DNA from: a virus
Reading direction: 5' to 3' (one strand)
Length of the DNA: 64,000 nucleotides
IMG/VR virus record: IMGVR_UViG_3300007346_000025
Span: 1-64,000 of that record
Under the pieces are notes generated by a model. The model ran no database searches and had not been told where the DNA came from. It saw nothing but the letters and a program-made list of their open reading frames with translations. A program made the position numbers and the translations under genes. How positions within the stretch are numbered: the first letter of the stretch is position 1; every line of letters starts with the position of its first letter. This document shows, piece by piece, positions 9,956 to 21,400 of the stretch.

Positions 9956-12233
9956 AATAAATAAATTACCTAAAAAACTTACTAAAGCATTAGTAGGAAA
10001 ACAAGTACAAGGATCTCTTGCCATTACTCCATCAGCATGGGGTGGTGGAGATTATAATGATAGTCTTGCTAATAAACAAACTCAAGTTAGAGATACTTTA
10101 CAACCAGTACCAAGAAATCTTGCTAATTTAGAAGCAGAAAGAGGAGAGTATGCATATGGTGGAATCTCTGGTGATAATATTCCAGATAACTTTAAAATAG
10201 GTGGTAAGAGACATTCTAAAGGTGGTACACCATTAGATCTTCCGGAAGGGTCATTTATTTTTTCTGACACAGCATCAATGAAGATTAAAGATCCATCTGT
10301 ATTAAAGATGTTTGATCTTAAACCAAAAAAAGGTGGATATACTCCTGCAGACATTGCAAAAAAGTATGATATTAATTCATACAAAAAATTGCTTTATGAT
10401 CCAAATACAGATGAGTTAACAAGAAAAACTGCAACTATCATGATTAAAAATTATATCATGAAGTTAGGATATCTTTCTATAGTTCAAGAAGCAATGAAAG
10501 GATTTCCACAAGGAATGCCTGAAGTAGCAAAACCTGTATTGGAAACTATGGGTTATTCTATGGAGCAATTTGTTCCTGAACCTGTACAACAAGGTCAACA
10601 AGAAATTATGGCTCAAGAGCAATCTGAAAATGAAATGCCAACAGAAATGCCAAATGGAGAACCTATTGCATCAATGGAAACAATGTATGGTGATGATGCT
10701 AATGCTCAACAAATACCAGTAAACCCTTCTATGCCAATGGCAGAGTATGGAATGACTCTTGGTGGTTATGATATGCCTATGTATCCTAATGGTGGTATGA
10801 TAATTCAACCATATGGAAGAGCAAATACACCTGCAGGAAATGAAACACCCACAGCTAAATCAAATACATGGAGTTCTCGTCAGCAACCACTACCTGAATT
10901 TTTAGCAGGATGGGAACAACATGTTCCAGGAATTTCTCAAATGACAGAAGGTCAAGCTCAAAAAGCAATGTATGAGTGGGCTCTTGAAAATAACCCAAGT
11001 GTTATTAGAGATATGTGGAAGGAATGGGGATTAACTGCTGCAGGAAGAGATATACCTAGTCTTGAAAGATTAACAATACCCGGTGATGATTATAGACATA
11101 GTGGTCATACAGGAGTATTTGATGATGCTACATTAGAAGATATTGAAAACTTAAGAGCTTTACAAGAAGGATTTGTTGATAACAAATTTGGTGCAAGACA
11201 GTTGAGTTATGATTATACACCACCTGAAAAGAAAGGATGCCCTTGTGAGGATGGAACTTACTCTGAAGAATGCTGTCCAGATACTCAGAAAAAGGGCTGT
11301 CCTTGTGAAGATGGTACATATTCTGAAGAATGTTGTCCAGATACTAGAAAGAAAAAATGTAAATGTGTAGATCCACAAACTGGTGTAGAAACAATAACAG
11401 AAATAGCTGAAGGTGAAGAGTGTAACTGTCCAGGAGGATCTTTTGAGCAACAAGGATTTCAAGATACTCCTGTATATTCAGACATAGCTTCTAGAAATAT
11501 TCTTACACAAATGACAATGGATCCAACTGTACCAAGAAGTAGTAGTGTGATGCCTAGTTATACTGAAACACCGGGTGCATATAAAGATTATTTAGCAGAT
11601 ATACAAAATATTGGTAGAGGACAATCTGCTATGATGGATATGATTCAAGGTACAGCAGGTAATGAAGGTAGTGCTTTTGCAAAAGCAATGACAACAGCAG
11701 CTCAATCTCAAGCTGCAAATCAAGCTGCTGTTAATGCAACACAAACAGATAACATTAATGCTGCTAGACAAGTTGGTCAGTATAATGCTCAAACTAAAGC
11801 TCTTAATAATGCTCAAAGAGCTGAGATTATGAACCAACAACTTCTTGCAACACAAGGAGAAAAACTTCAAGAAGTAATAAACCGTAATCAACTAGATCAG
11901 AATAAACAGGCAGCACTTCAAGATGCTGAAAGTGAGTTACAAGGTAGACTACTATCTAATTTTACAAATCAGCAATATGGTACAACATATAGAAGAGGAG
12001 TTCCATATTTTAAACAAGGTAAACCAAATGTTCCTGAAAAATCAACTGATGTTAATGAAAGAGTTAAACAGCTTCAAGCAATATATGGTAAAGATGCTAA
12101 AATAGGAGACTTACTTCAAATTATTAAAATGGAGCAGCAGCAGCAGCAGCCAAAACTTGTTAAAAAAGGTGGGCAAGCAACAGGTGGAGGATATATATTA
12201 GGTGAAAATATTTTTCCATTCATGTTTTACTAA
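9945..12233 (+). CDS. 762-aa crAss-like virion/cargo protein with Cys-rich tandem repeat
   Basis: NLEAERGE...GKRHSKGGTPLDLPEGSFIFSD N-terminal block resembles a conserved crAss-like structural gene; A/Q-rich helical C-terminus. Confidence 0.6.
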   Translation: MKIRINKLPKKLTKALVGKQVQGSLAITPSAWGGGDYNDSLANKQTQVRDTLQPVPRNLANLEAERGEYAYGGISGDNIPDNFKIGGKRHSKGGTPLDLPEGSFIFSDTASMKIKDPSVLKMFDLKPKKGGYTPADIAKKYDINSYKKLLYDPNTDELTRKTATIMIKNYIMKLGYLSIVQEAMKGFPQGMPEVAKPVLETMGYSMEQFVPEPVQQGQQEIMAQEQSENEMPTEMPNGEPIASMETMYGDDANAQQIPVNPSMPMAEYGMTLGGYDMPMYPNGGMIIQPYGRANTPAGNETPTAKSNTWSSRQQPLPEFLAGWEQHVPGISQMTEGQAQKAMYEWALENNPSVIRDMWKEWGLTAAGRDIPSLERLTIPGDDYRHSGHTGVFDDATLEDIENLRALQEGFVDNKFGARQLSYDYTPPEKKGCPCEDGTYSEECCPDTQKKGCPCEDGTYSEECCPDTRKKKCKCVDPQTGVETITEIAEGEECNCPGGSFEQQGFQDTPVYSDIASRNILTQMTMDPTVPRSSSVMPSYTETPGAYKDYLADIQNIGRGQSAMMDMIQGTAGNEGSAFAKAMTTAAQSQAANQAAVNATQTDNINAARQVGQYNAQTKALNNAQRAEIMNQQLLATQGEKLQEVINRNQLDQNKQAALQDAESELQGRLLSNFTNQQYGTTYRRGVPYFKQGKPNVPEKSTDVNERVKQLQAIYGKDAKIGDLLQIIKMEQQQQQPKLVKKGGQATGGGYILGENIFPFMFY
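11229..11348 (+). repeat. 2 x 60-bp tandem repeat encoding KKGCPCEDGTYSEECCPDT(Q/R)
   Basis: Directly visible: 19 identical residues with 9 synonymous nucleotide differences. Confidence 0.95.
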
Positions 12234-12277
12234 ACTTTATAAGTTTAATAAACTTATAAAATTTTAGTATTTTTATA
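12231..12277 (+). promoter_or_regulatory. Palindrome TAAACTT-TAT-AAGTTTA, overlapping 25-bp inverted repeat, and TTTAGTATTTTTA promoter-like motif
   Basis: Palindrome at 12231-12247; TTTATAAGTTTA-A-TAAACTTATAAA at 12236-12260; G of GTAT at 12267; ATG at 12294. Confidence 0.65.
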
Positions 12278-12293
12278 ATGTAAAGAATTTAAT

Positions 12294-15200
12294 ATGGCAA
12301 AGTATCCACAGGGGGTTTCAAGTTTTATTCCACAATATCAACCATACCAGGTTGATTTTAATTATGTGAATAATATGCTTGCAATAAAGCAAGATCAGTA
12401 TGATAGAAATTGGAAAGCTATCAATAAAGTATATGGACAGCTTTACTATGCTGATCTTACTAATCCCGCTAATATTCAAAAAAAAGAACAATTAGAAAAA
12501 CAAATTGATTTTAATTTAAAAAGAGTTGCAGGACTTGATTTATCATTAGATCAAAATGCTACTCAAGCTTTACAAATATTTAAACCTTTCTATGAAGATA
12601 AAAGTCTAATGTATGACATGGCATTTACCAAAAATGCTAAAATGGAAAAACTTACCGGTGAGTCATATAGAACAGCTACTGATGAAAAAATAAGAGAGCA
12701 GGCTTGGTCTGAAGGTATTAAAGCAATAGATTATAGAATTGATGAGTTTAGAAATTCTCCTATAGATGATATATTTTCTATACCTTCTCCTAAGTATGTC
12801 CCTTATCAAAATGTTAGTAAGAAAGCAATGGCTTATGCTAAGGAATTAGGGATTAAAGTAAAAGACTTTGGATTTACACCAGATGGTAGATTTATTATTG
12901 AACAACAAAATGGACAACCATTAGTAGGACCATTATATAAAATGTTTATGTCTGCATTTGGTAATGATGAGTCTATTATGGATGTGTATAGAACACAAGC
13001 ATATGTAAATAGAAAAGATTATATGTATGCTAATAAAGATAAATTAGGTAGTCTTGAAGCAGCAGAAGCTGAGTATTTAAATACAAAATTACAAGGATAT
13101 AAAGCTATTACTCAAGAAAGATATAATTTATTTAAAAATCAAGATAATACTTATACAAAGAATATTCAAAGCTTAGAACGTAGGATTGCTTCTGGAAATA
13201 AAGATCCTAGAGTAGCTGATCAATTAGAAAATATAAGAAAAGCTCAACAGGAAAATCAAGTTTTATTGGCTAAATATCAAAAATCCATAGAAGTAATGGA
13301 TGATGGTATATCTAGAACGGCTAATACTCAAGGAGGGGCTCCATCTAAAGATATAAATGATCTAAGATATAAAGTAGATTTTCTTGAACCTAGTTATATG
13401 TTAGAACAAGATCTTAGAGATGCTGCAGAATCATATGCAACTACAACTTCTGAAAGAACTATTAAAACAAATCAATTTAAACTTCAAGAAGAAAGAGCTG
13501 CACAAGCTAGAAGTTTGGCAATACTTAAAGATAAATTAGATACTAATAGACTTATTTTAAAATATAAACTTGACTCTGGAGAATATGATTTAGTTGAACA
13601 AGACAATCAAAAATTTTTAGTACCTAAAAAAGAACTTAATGAAGTTGAACCTATTAAAACTGAAGGAGGAGAGGGATTTACTAAACAATCAAATGAGTCA
13701 CAACAAGAAGCTCAAAAAAAACAAGAGGAAGTAGAAAGAACAAGAAATGAGCAAAGTGTAAAATCTATGTTTAGTACAATTCTTCAACTTCATGAATCTG
13801 GAGATATGTCTGATGAAGAATTCTTTAGTATAACTCAAGATCTTGGAATGTCTGAAAGATGGAATAGACGGCACCCCACTAAAGAAGCATTTAATTTTGG
13901 TTTTCCATCAAACTCTGATTCTAAAAATGATAGAAGAAGGAAGCTTGAAAACTATTCATCATTAGATATTAATGATATGTCTCCATTCTCTATAGCAGAA
14001 GTAACAGCTGGATTTAAAAATTGGATTACTAAAAAGAATAAACTTCCAGAATATCAAAATAATGGAAATTTTCAAAATGTAATAAATAACTTTAATAATA
14101 TTGAAGATATTGGTGAAGGTCTTATTGCTAAACATGACCTTAAAGTTAAATATGCTGAAGAAACTAGTAGATTATTAAATAAAGAATATAAAACTAATCT
14201 TGGTAAATATCTATTTGATAGTGATGGTAATATGCGAGATGATATTACTATAACTCAAATGATGGTAAATGATGGATTAGTTGTAGATGCAGATGGTAAT
14301 AAAATTGGTGTTGAGGGTGGTAATGATAATGCATATGGAACACAAAATAGAGCTTGGTTGGGTACACCAAAAGGTTTGGCAGCATGGACGGCTGCAGGTG
14401 CATCATTTGGTCTGATGGGTGGACCATTTGCTGAAGTTACAGTTCCTGCTGGTGCTTTCATTGCTGGTGTTGGTTATCTTGGAAGTAGTTTTGGAACAGC
14501 ACTTTATGATAAAATAGTTCAAGGAGATGATCCAAATGTATTAGCTTATGTAAAAGGAGAAAAAGATGGTTGGGAGTATAATAGATCAGTAAAAGATGCA
14601 TTAGAATTTGCAAAAGAATCTTTTGGTGATTTACAAGAAAAAAATATGATTAAAACACCATTATATGGTTATTCAAATACAGGAGGTGGAAAATTTTTAA
14701 CAAGCTCTGGTAGAATTACTGTTATGCCTGGTGCTTTTGGTACAGATAATTTTAAAAGATATTCACAATTAAATAATGCATTTAAAAATTTATCCTATAC
14801 AAAAGATGAAACAAGAGCAAGTGTTTCAGGTTATAGTGAAAATGATTGGAATACTGCAACTGATGAAAAATTAAATTCTGTTACTCAAAGTATACTTAAA
14901 GATCTTTATGAATATTCTAAAAATAAAAAAAATAAAGATAATAAATTTACTTTAGATTTTCATCCAGTTGCAAATGGGTCATTAAATTATTCAGCTGTTA
15001 CAATTGATATACCTGAAAAAATTGCTGAAAAATATAAAATGAAATATGAAGGTAAAGAAAATGAATCAGGTTTCTTAAGTTCACAAGTATATGATAAGTT
15101 AATTACAAATGGTTTAACACTTATTACTAAAAGTTCAAACTTTGCTGGAACAGATCTTTATGATAAGGCATTTATGGATCCTGTAGAAAATAGGGTAAGG

Positions 15201-15455
15201 GCACAATATGCAATTGATGGAACAGGAGTAACATATACAAATCCATACTATGATAATTACTCAATTTCTTTTACACAATTACCAAGTGGAGATATAGAAT
15301 ATAAACAAACAATTCCAATGTGGAATCCAAATACAAAGAGTTATGTGGATGTAGGAGCATCTGCTGTATTATCTGGACAAGGTTTACAACTTCAAAAGTT
15401 TAGAAATAATTTCTGGACTCAAGTTGCAGAGATGAATGAAAAAAATAACCCATGA
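12294..15455 (+). CDS. 1053-aa putative ejection (internal virion) protein
   Basis: Helical/coiled-coil composition; Gly/Ala-rich hydrophobic hairpin (GLAAWTAAGASFGLMGG...GAFIAGVGYLG, about 14370-14500); lies upstream of the virion RNAP. Confidence 0.6.
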   Translation: MAKYPQGVSSFIPQYQPYQVDFNYVNNMLAIKQDQYDRNWKAINKVYGQLYYADLTNPANIQKKEQLEKQIDFNLKRVAGLDLSLDQNATQALQIFKPFYEDKSLMYDMAFTKNAKMEKLTGESYRTATDEKIREQAWSEGIKAIDYRIDEFRNSPIDDIFSIPSPKYVPYQNVSKKAMAYAKELGIKVKDFGFTPDGRFIIEQQNGQPLVGPLYKMFMSAFGNDESIMDVYRTQAYVNRKDYMYANKDKLGSLEAAEAEYLNTKLQGYKAITQERYNLFKNQDNTYTKNIQSLERRIASGNKDPRVADQLENIRKAQQENQVLLAKYQKSIEVMDDGISRTANTQGGAPSKDINDLRYKVDFLEPSYMLEQDLRDAAESYATTTSERTIKTNQFKLQEERAAQARSLAILKDKLDTNRLILKYKLDSGEYDLVEQDNQKFLVPKKELNEVEPIKTEGGEGFTKQSNESQQEAQKKQEEVERTRNEQSVKSMFSTILQLHESGDMSDEEFFSITQDLGMSERWNRRHPTKEAFNFGFPSNSDSKNDRRRKLENYSSLDINDMSPFSIAEVTAGFKNWITKKNKLPEYQNNGNFQNVINNFNNIEDIGEGLIAKHDLKVKYAEETSRLLNKEYKTNLGKYLFDSDGNMRDDITITQMMVNDGLVVDADGNKIGVEGGNDNAYGTQNRAWLGTPKGLAAWTAAGASFGLMGGPFAEVTVPAGAFIAGVGYLGSSFGTALYDKIVQGDDPNVLAYVKGEKDGWEYNRSVKDALEFAKESFGDLQEKNMIKTPLYGYSNTGGGKFLTSSGRITVMPGAFGTDNFKRYSQLNNAFKNLSYTKDETRASVSGYSENDWNTATDEKLNSVTQSILKDLYEYSKNKKNKDNKFTLDFHPVANGSLNYSAVTIDIPEKIAEKYKMKYEGKENESGFLSSQVYDKLITNGLTLITKSSNFAGTDLYDKAFMDPVENRVRAQYAIDGTGVTYTNPYYDNYSISFTQLPSGDIEYKQTIPMWNPNTKSYVDVGASAVLSGQGLQLQKFRNNFWTQVAEMNEKNNP

Positions 15456-18400
15456 TGGAAGAAATGGATTTAAATCAATCATTATCACAAGAGACTAATG
15501 ATCTTTATTCTGGTGTAACGGATTTTAATGAATATTTTCCTATAAGTCCTTCTGAACCACCTACTGTTACAAATTTAGGAACACAGAATTATATTACAGG
15601 ATCTGCTCCAGGAAATCTTCCTTCACAGGTTCCAAAAAATCCAGCATATAATTTTGATGATCATAAAAAAGCTATGCAAAATTATATGTGGAATTTTGCT
15701 CAGCAAAATGCATATGATCCAAATGCTTATGGTAAAATTCAATCTTATGACTTAGGTCCTACTGGTAATGCATATTATCGTAGATATGCTGCATCTGGAT
15801 TAGATGTTATGGATGAACTAGGTTTTTTTCCAACTAAAGATAATGAACAAACTTGGAATGATAATACATCTTGGACAGATGATTTTTCTAGAATGATTAC
15901 CAATTCTTTTGGTACACTTTTTTATGAAGGTGTGGTTTCTGGACCTAAATCATTGTCAAGATGGTTACAGGGAGCTGATTTTTTTGATGTAGATCCAGAA
16001 GCAGCCATGAATTATGAAAGAGCTTCTGCTATAGGTTATAGCTCAAGAAAAGGAGCTGGTGCATTTACAAGTAATCTAGTTATGAACTTTGGTTATACAG
16101 CAGGTATAATTTCAGAGATTATGTTAGAGGAACTTGGAGCTGCTGTATTAGCTCCATTTACTGGTGGTGCATCATCAGCTGCTGTAACTGCAAATGCAGC
16201 TAGAAGACTTAATAGACTTAGTCATATTGATATGAGTACATTAAGAGTTGCAAAAGGATTTGATGCATCTATGGATGGAGCTCGTCAATTTGGTAATGTA
16301 CTTACTGAGTTAAATGATATAAATAATGCAAGGAAAACTTATGAAGCTGTTAAGACATCTAATAATATGCTTAGAGGTGAGAAGTTTTTCTCTAATTATT
16401 TTGTTAAAACTTTAAATCCTGCTACACAAACAGTATCAGAATTATATGATATATACCGTGCACAAGATAATCTTGCTGGGTTTGCCTCTATGTCTAGAAC
16501 TTTAGGAGCTTTTTATAGAGATATTAGAACTATCAATATGGCAAGATCTGAGTCAGCTCTTGAAGCAGGGATGGTTCAAAATAAAGTATTTGAGGATTTA
16601 TATAATAAGTACTATGCAGAAAATGGAGAAGTTGCTAGTGATGAAGAAATGCGTAATATGATGAACCAAGCACATGCTGCTGGTATTGAAACATCAATGT
16701 ATAACTTCCCTCTTATATATGCAACTAATAAAGTTACTTTTTCTAATCTTCTTAGTAAAGGAAAAATTAGTAATTATATAAATCAAAGTATTAGAGAACT
16801 TGGTGAGGTTGAAGCAGGAAGATTTGGAAAACTTGGTAAAGTTGTATATAATCAAAGTACTAAACAATTTGAATTTTGGAAATCAGGTTTAAAAAGTTGG
16901 TGGAAAGGTTGGAGAGCTGATCCTTTTTATAAGTCAGTAGGTAAAACAGTTGGATATTTTAAAGCTAATATTTCAGAAGGTATTCAAGAAACATTCCAAG
17001 AAGTAATTGCAGATGCTGCAGAAAAGTATTATGTAGAAACTTATGATAGTGATCTTGTACAAAAACAAATGTATAAAAATGGTCAGCTACCATATTTAAA
17101 TATTACTGGGGAATATTTTGCTAAAGGTTTTGAAAGATTCAACCCCTTTACAACAGCAGAAGGACTTGATATATTTGCATCTGGATTTTTTATGGGCTTT
17201 TTAGGTGGTGGTATGGATAAAGTCATTAATAATACCTTTATCCGTGCTAATAGAATTGTACAGCCAGAAAAATATAAAGAATATAAAGAAAAGAAATTAG
17301 AAATAACTAGAGACTTAGTTAATAGTTTAAATGGTCAAGGGGTAAGTAACTTCATTAATTCAAGAATGTGGGATGCTGGAGTTCAATCTAAAGCAGCTGC
17401 TGCAAAAAGAAAAGGAAATAAAAAAGAATTAGAAGATGCTGAGAATGAAGCATTTATTGCACATTTTACTGTATTATCTGAAAACGGTGTATTAGATCAA
17501 TATTTAGATGGTTTATTATCCTTAAATAAGTTAGGGGACGAAGAATTTATTGATGCTATGGATAATAGTATTACAGCAGAACAAATACCTCAAGCTAAAC
17601 AAAAAATCACAGATATAGTAGATAGAGCTAAAAAATTAGAAAGTAAATACAACTACTACAAAGAAAAATATCCTAGTCCTGTAGACATGAAACTGTTTGA
17701 TCCAGGAGCTAGTGAAGATTATACAGAAGCATATATCATGAATCAAGCATGGGAATATGCAACTAAGCAAGCAGTATTTTATAATGAGTCATTTGAAAAT
17801 ACTATGCAAAGAATGAAGGACATCATGGAACTGCAATATAATGAACGTCCTGTTAGTAAAATGACTAAAAGACAATCTGATGTATTATTTGTACCAAAAT
17901 TATTATCAAATGAAATAGGTCTTTTACAAAATGAAATTGATGCTTTATCAGAATTAGATGATCCAGCATCAAAAGAATTATTAAAAACAAAGAAAAAAGA
18001 ACTTAACGCACTTATTAAATACAAAGAAAAATTTGATTCATTTGACAGATATTATCATAGAGGTAGATATATTGAGGGTGTAAAAGAAAAATTATCTAAA
18101 GAAAGAGGTGGTGTTGAAATAACTAATGAAGAAGCTTCTGCATATATTCTTGAAGCATTAGGGGTAGATGAAGCTACTGAAGAAAAAGAACTTAAATTAA
18201 TTTCAGAATTAGAGACTGCATATAAAGAATATTTAAGAGGTATTTCTGAAGTAGAAGATGATTATATTTTTACAGATGGTATAGATACTGCATTTGAAAG
18301 ATTACTTGACTATTATAAATTAGACAATGAATCAAGAACTCTTGCAGAAGGTATCAATCTTCTTAATGACCCTATGGGTTATATAAATCTAGTTGAAAGA

Positions 18401-21400
18401 AATAAACAATGGATGACAGATCTTTATTCAAGAAGATCGGAATACTATGAGAAACTTGTAAAAGCTCAACTAGAACAACAGGAAAATAATGCATTATTAA
18501 ATGCACTTGCAGATGAAGGTATTTTTGTTAGTGTGGATGATTTTAAGAAATGGATAGATTTTAGAATCCCACCAAAAGAATTTTATGATCAAGCTAGAGG
18601 TATTGTAATACCAGAAGGCAGCCCAACCTATGATAAATATTATTTTTTATTTGAAAGAGTAGCAAAACTATCTGAAGATACATCCACTGAAATAGTAGAA
18701 GATACTATGGATACTGCTTTAAAGAATGAGCTAGGTAGACTTGATCTTGAAAAACAAGCCAAAATAGATAGTCTTCCTAAAATGACCGTAAGAGAAGATT
18801 TATCAGAAGTATTACCAAACCGTGGTAAAACAATGGGTATCAGAAGAATTGCTGGTCAAATTCCAATTGGTAATTATGCTGATGCTACATATATGGATCA
18901 AGACGTAGAAGAAGTACTTACTTTTTATAAAGATAGTAATGGTAATTTATTCTATGTAGTAGATGGAAATGTAACAAATCAAGTTGAATCTAACCTAGCA
19001 TATAAATTTACAAAAGCTCAAGTATTCAACTTTGCAGAAAAACCAGATCAAGTTGTAGTAGATAATCTTGAAAAAGATTATGAAGAACTTAAAAATGCAG
19101 TAAAAGAAAGATATGCAAAAGCTAAAGAAAATTTAAAACAAGATAAACAAGCTGAAAAAGAAAAAGTCTATACACCAGATACTGATCTAGATGAAATGCC
19201 TAACAGTCTTAAGAAAGAATTATATGAACTCTTTAAAAAAGAAGAGTTTGATAAACTTCCTGAAGAAGTTAGAGTCAACATGAAATACAATCAAGAACAA
19301 AACTTATTTGTTAAATTTATTCAAAGTAATCTTGCTGCAAAAGAAGTTATTGATAACTATAATAAGAAACAAAAAGCTACAAAAGCTACTGCTCCAACTG
19401 GAGAAAAGAATGACTTTACATTTAAGTTCTTGGGTAAAGAAGTAAATACAAAAGACTTAACTGCTGTAGAATTAAGATCTTATCAGAGAAGACTTAAACA
19501 AACAATCAGTGGTCTTACTGAAAAACAAAGAGACAATAGTATTACACCAGAAGAAAAGACTGAGTTAGCGAATGCTAAAGTAGTAAGTATTGATATTGAA
19601 AAATTAATTAAGACAAGATCTAAAAATGAACTTAGTCCTGAATTACAGGAAGCAGTTAAAAAGGTTGAGGATATAGAAGCTAAGCAAGAAAATCTTATTA
19701 CAACTGAACTTGGTGTAGTAGTAGATAACGTAGTGCATAGACCGGTTACACAAGTAACTATTGATAGTACACAAAAAAATGCTGCTAACATAGATGCTAA
19801 GAAAGCTGATGTAGAAAAGTATAAAGGAAAATCTAAATTTTCATATACAATACAAGGAAATAATGTTTATTTGGCTCCAAGTCTATCAGTAGAAAATAAT
19901 CATGAGGAATTAAAAAATACAATATTTGATTTTTTAAATATTCTATCTAAAAATAAAGATCTAAAATATTTAGAAGGAGGTATAAAAAGAGTTATAGAAT
20001 CCAGTAGAACATGGTACCCATTTAGTGTATTAGGTGATTATTTAGCTGGAAGATATAATACTACTATTGATAAAGTAATTTCACAATTTAAGTCTGCAGA
20101 CTTTACTCAAAATGAATTGGATGTACTTAAGTATTCTTTAGAAAATAGAACAAGTCCTTATGCAGAACAAACAACTTTAGAACAATCTTCTACAACACCA
20201 CAATCTACTGCAAATGAAAGTATTAGTTTTATTAATGAACAGTTAGATAATTTATTTACAAAAGACACTAGACCTGTATTTGATGAAACTAAGATAAGTA
20301 GAGAAGCATTTGATAATTTATTTGGGGATAATGGAATCTTTACTACTCTTAAGAAAAGAGAAGAAAATGGAGAGATCTATATTACTAGTAGAAATCTAAA
20401 AGTTTATGACACTGATTTAAAGTTAGCTGGTCAAATTGATTTATTAGTAGCAGACACTAAAAAGAACTTAACTATTGTTAAAGTAGATTTAAGAACTAAA
20501 GAACAGTGGAATGCCTTTGATAAAAAGAATAATGATCAGTTGCTTCCGCAAACACTAAATGCAAATCTGTTACAGAGAATGACTGGTGTAGCACCTAAGG
20601 TTGCTTTAATGCCAATTGAGATTATAACTGATAAGTCAGGTAAAATTACATCAGCAACTAAACCTTCAAGAGAAAATCTTTTAGATACTGAGTTCTTAAT
20701 TACATTAGATAAAAATTTAGTTAAAGACCAAGCTGAAGGAATTGTATCTGCAGTAAAACCAGTTCCTGAGATACAACCTACTGTACAAATGCCTGCTGAT
20801 GCTCAAAGTAGTGATGATCAACAGTCTCCAGCAGTTGAATCTGAAGGTGATCCTGTTGATCCTAAAGATGCATATAAATCAGAAAATGAAAGGATCACTT
20901 CAGAAGATATTGCAGAGAAATTAAAATCTGTAACAACAGAGCCTCAATTACTTAAACTTAAAATCCAGGTTAATCTAGATATTGCAGAAGGTAAAATTTT
21001 ACCAGAAGACATAGATAAAATTACTGAGATGTTAGATAATAAAGATCTTAGTTTATCAGAAGAAATTGATCCTAAAATTTCTCCAGATAACATGATAAAA
21101 GGTACACAACTTGTTGCTAAAAGCCTTATATTTACTGACAAAAATCAGACTGAAATCTTTGCAGAAGAAGATGATACTGTAGTAATTACTTCTACTAATA
21201 AAAAAGAAGGAACAGTAACAGTTCAACCTCTTGGTAAGAAAACACGTTTGAAACTTACTAGAGATGAATTAAATAATTTGTTTACTGAAAAAGAAGCAGT
21301 AATGGAAGCAAAAGAAAAACCAACAACTAAACCAGATAAAGAATCTAAAGCAAATGTTGTAGAAACATTAGATGCTGTAGATACATTTGTAGCTGATCAA

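Noticed and set aside
8718-12151. CAA/CAG runs (about 8718-8765 and 12135-12152) as contingency loci
   Set aside because: They are in-frame triplets encoding poly-Q; length changes would not phase-shift expression.
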